Assembly (NCBI GenBank): GCA_964188305.1
Contig: OZ076888.1
Length of the DNA: 64,000 nucleotides
Source: Podarcis bocagei
Lineage: Eukaryota
Strand: one strand, 5' to 3'
The notes under the pieces are model-generated. The model was not told the DNA's origin and made no database searches. It was given only the letters and a program-made list of their open reading frames with translations. The translations under genes and the position numbers were made by a program. This document shows positions 63,590 through 64,000 of the stretch, one piece after another (position 1 is the first letter of the stretch; every line of letters begins with the position of its first letter).

Positions 63590-63816
63590 TAGAATAGCAT
63601 CTATTGAATTAGTCTGCAGATCATATTGCGACAAAAACAAACATTCTTCACTGGGATGTGTTAGTCTAGGTACGGTGCCCTGGCTTAGTTCGTACAGCAA
63701 ACAGCAGGTAAAACCGCAGGACCAGAATATGCTGTGCTGCCAGCACTGCAGTTTTGTTGATTTCATCTACCCAGAAATTGCTCCTTATTGCTATATTTTA
63801 ACTGCAATGATGTTCA

Positions 63817-63819
<3 letters not shown>

Positions 63820-63867
<48 letters not shown>
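63820..63867. repeat. (AT)n microsatellite
   Basis: Direct reading. Confidence 0.95.
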
Positions 63868-63870
<3 letters not shown>

Positions 63871-64000
63871 GGTTTTGGTGTCTTCGGGTGTCTTCCCGTG
63901 TAAGATTTGGGGTGTCTAGGCGACGTTTCGACGAGGTCTCACTCGTCATCTTCAGGCTGGTGCTTTCGGCTTCTTGTTACTAGAACAGTAACTCTGTTCT
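63868..64000 (-). mobile_element. Penelope-like element end (runs off window) abutting (TA)n
   Basis: Minus strand CTGAAGA-T-GACGAG(TGAGAC)CTCGTC-GAAACGTC; CpG-rich relative to flanks. Confidence 0.7.
63918..63960 (-). ncRNA. Minimal type I hammerhead ribozyme-like motif
   Basis: Core CUGAAGA (63955-63949), 6-bp helix II GACGAG/CUCGUC, GAAA, palindromic ACGU and GUC triplet. Confidence 0.65.

Overview
Eukaryotic (squamate; the repeat content suggests a lacertid lizard) genomic window carrying the conserved vertebrate block COL13A1 - MACROH2A2 - AIFM2. I could reconstruct the complete AIFM2/FSP1 CDS on + (8 coding exons, 373 aa) and the complete MACROH2A2 CDS on - (8 coding exons, 372 aa), tail-to-tail with their stop codons about 2.1 kb apart, each with its own CpG-island promoter. 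The 3' part of COL13A1 lies on - (collagen Gly-X-Y exons, the NC4 exon and a last exon whose only coding content is the stop codon). Repeats include Sauria SINEs, BovB/RTE, CR1 and L2 fragments, MIR-like SINEs, several MITE families (TA-flanked Tc1/mariner type, hAT type) and two Penelope-like fragments. Most notable observations: (1) two different minimal hammerhead-ribozyme motifs in Penelope-like fragments; (2) a tandem pair of homologous, probably mutually exclusive COL13A1 exons with RBFOX motifs, plus a candidate hydrophobic alternative terminal exon; (3) an unassigned minus-strand candidate terminal exon ending in a CaaX box near the window start. I found no tRNA, rRNA or CRISPR and cannot claim a wholly new system; family names and human comparisons are from recall, not database searches.
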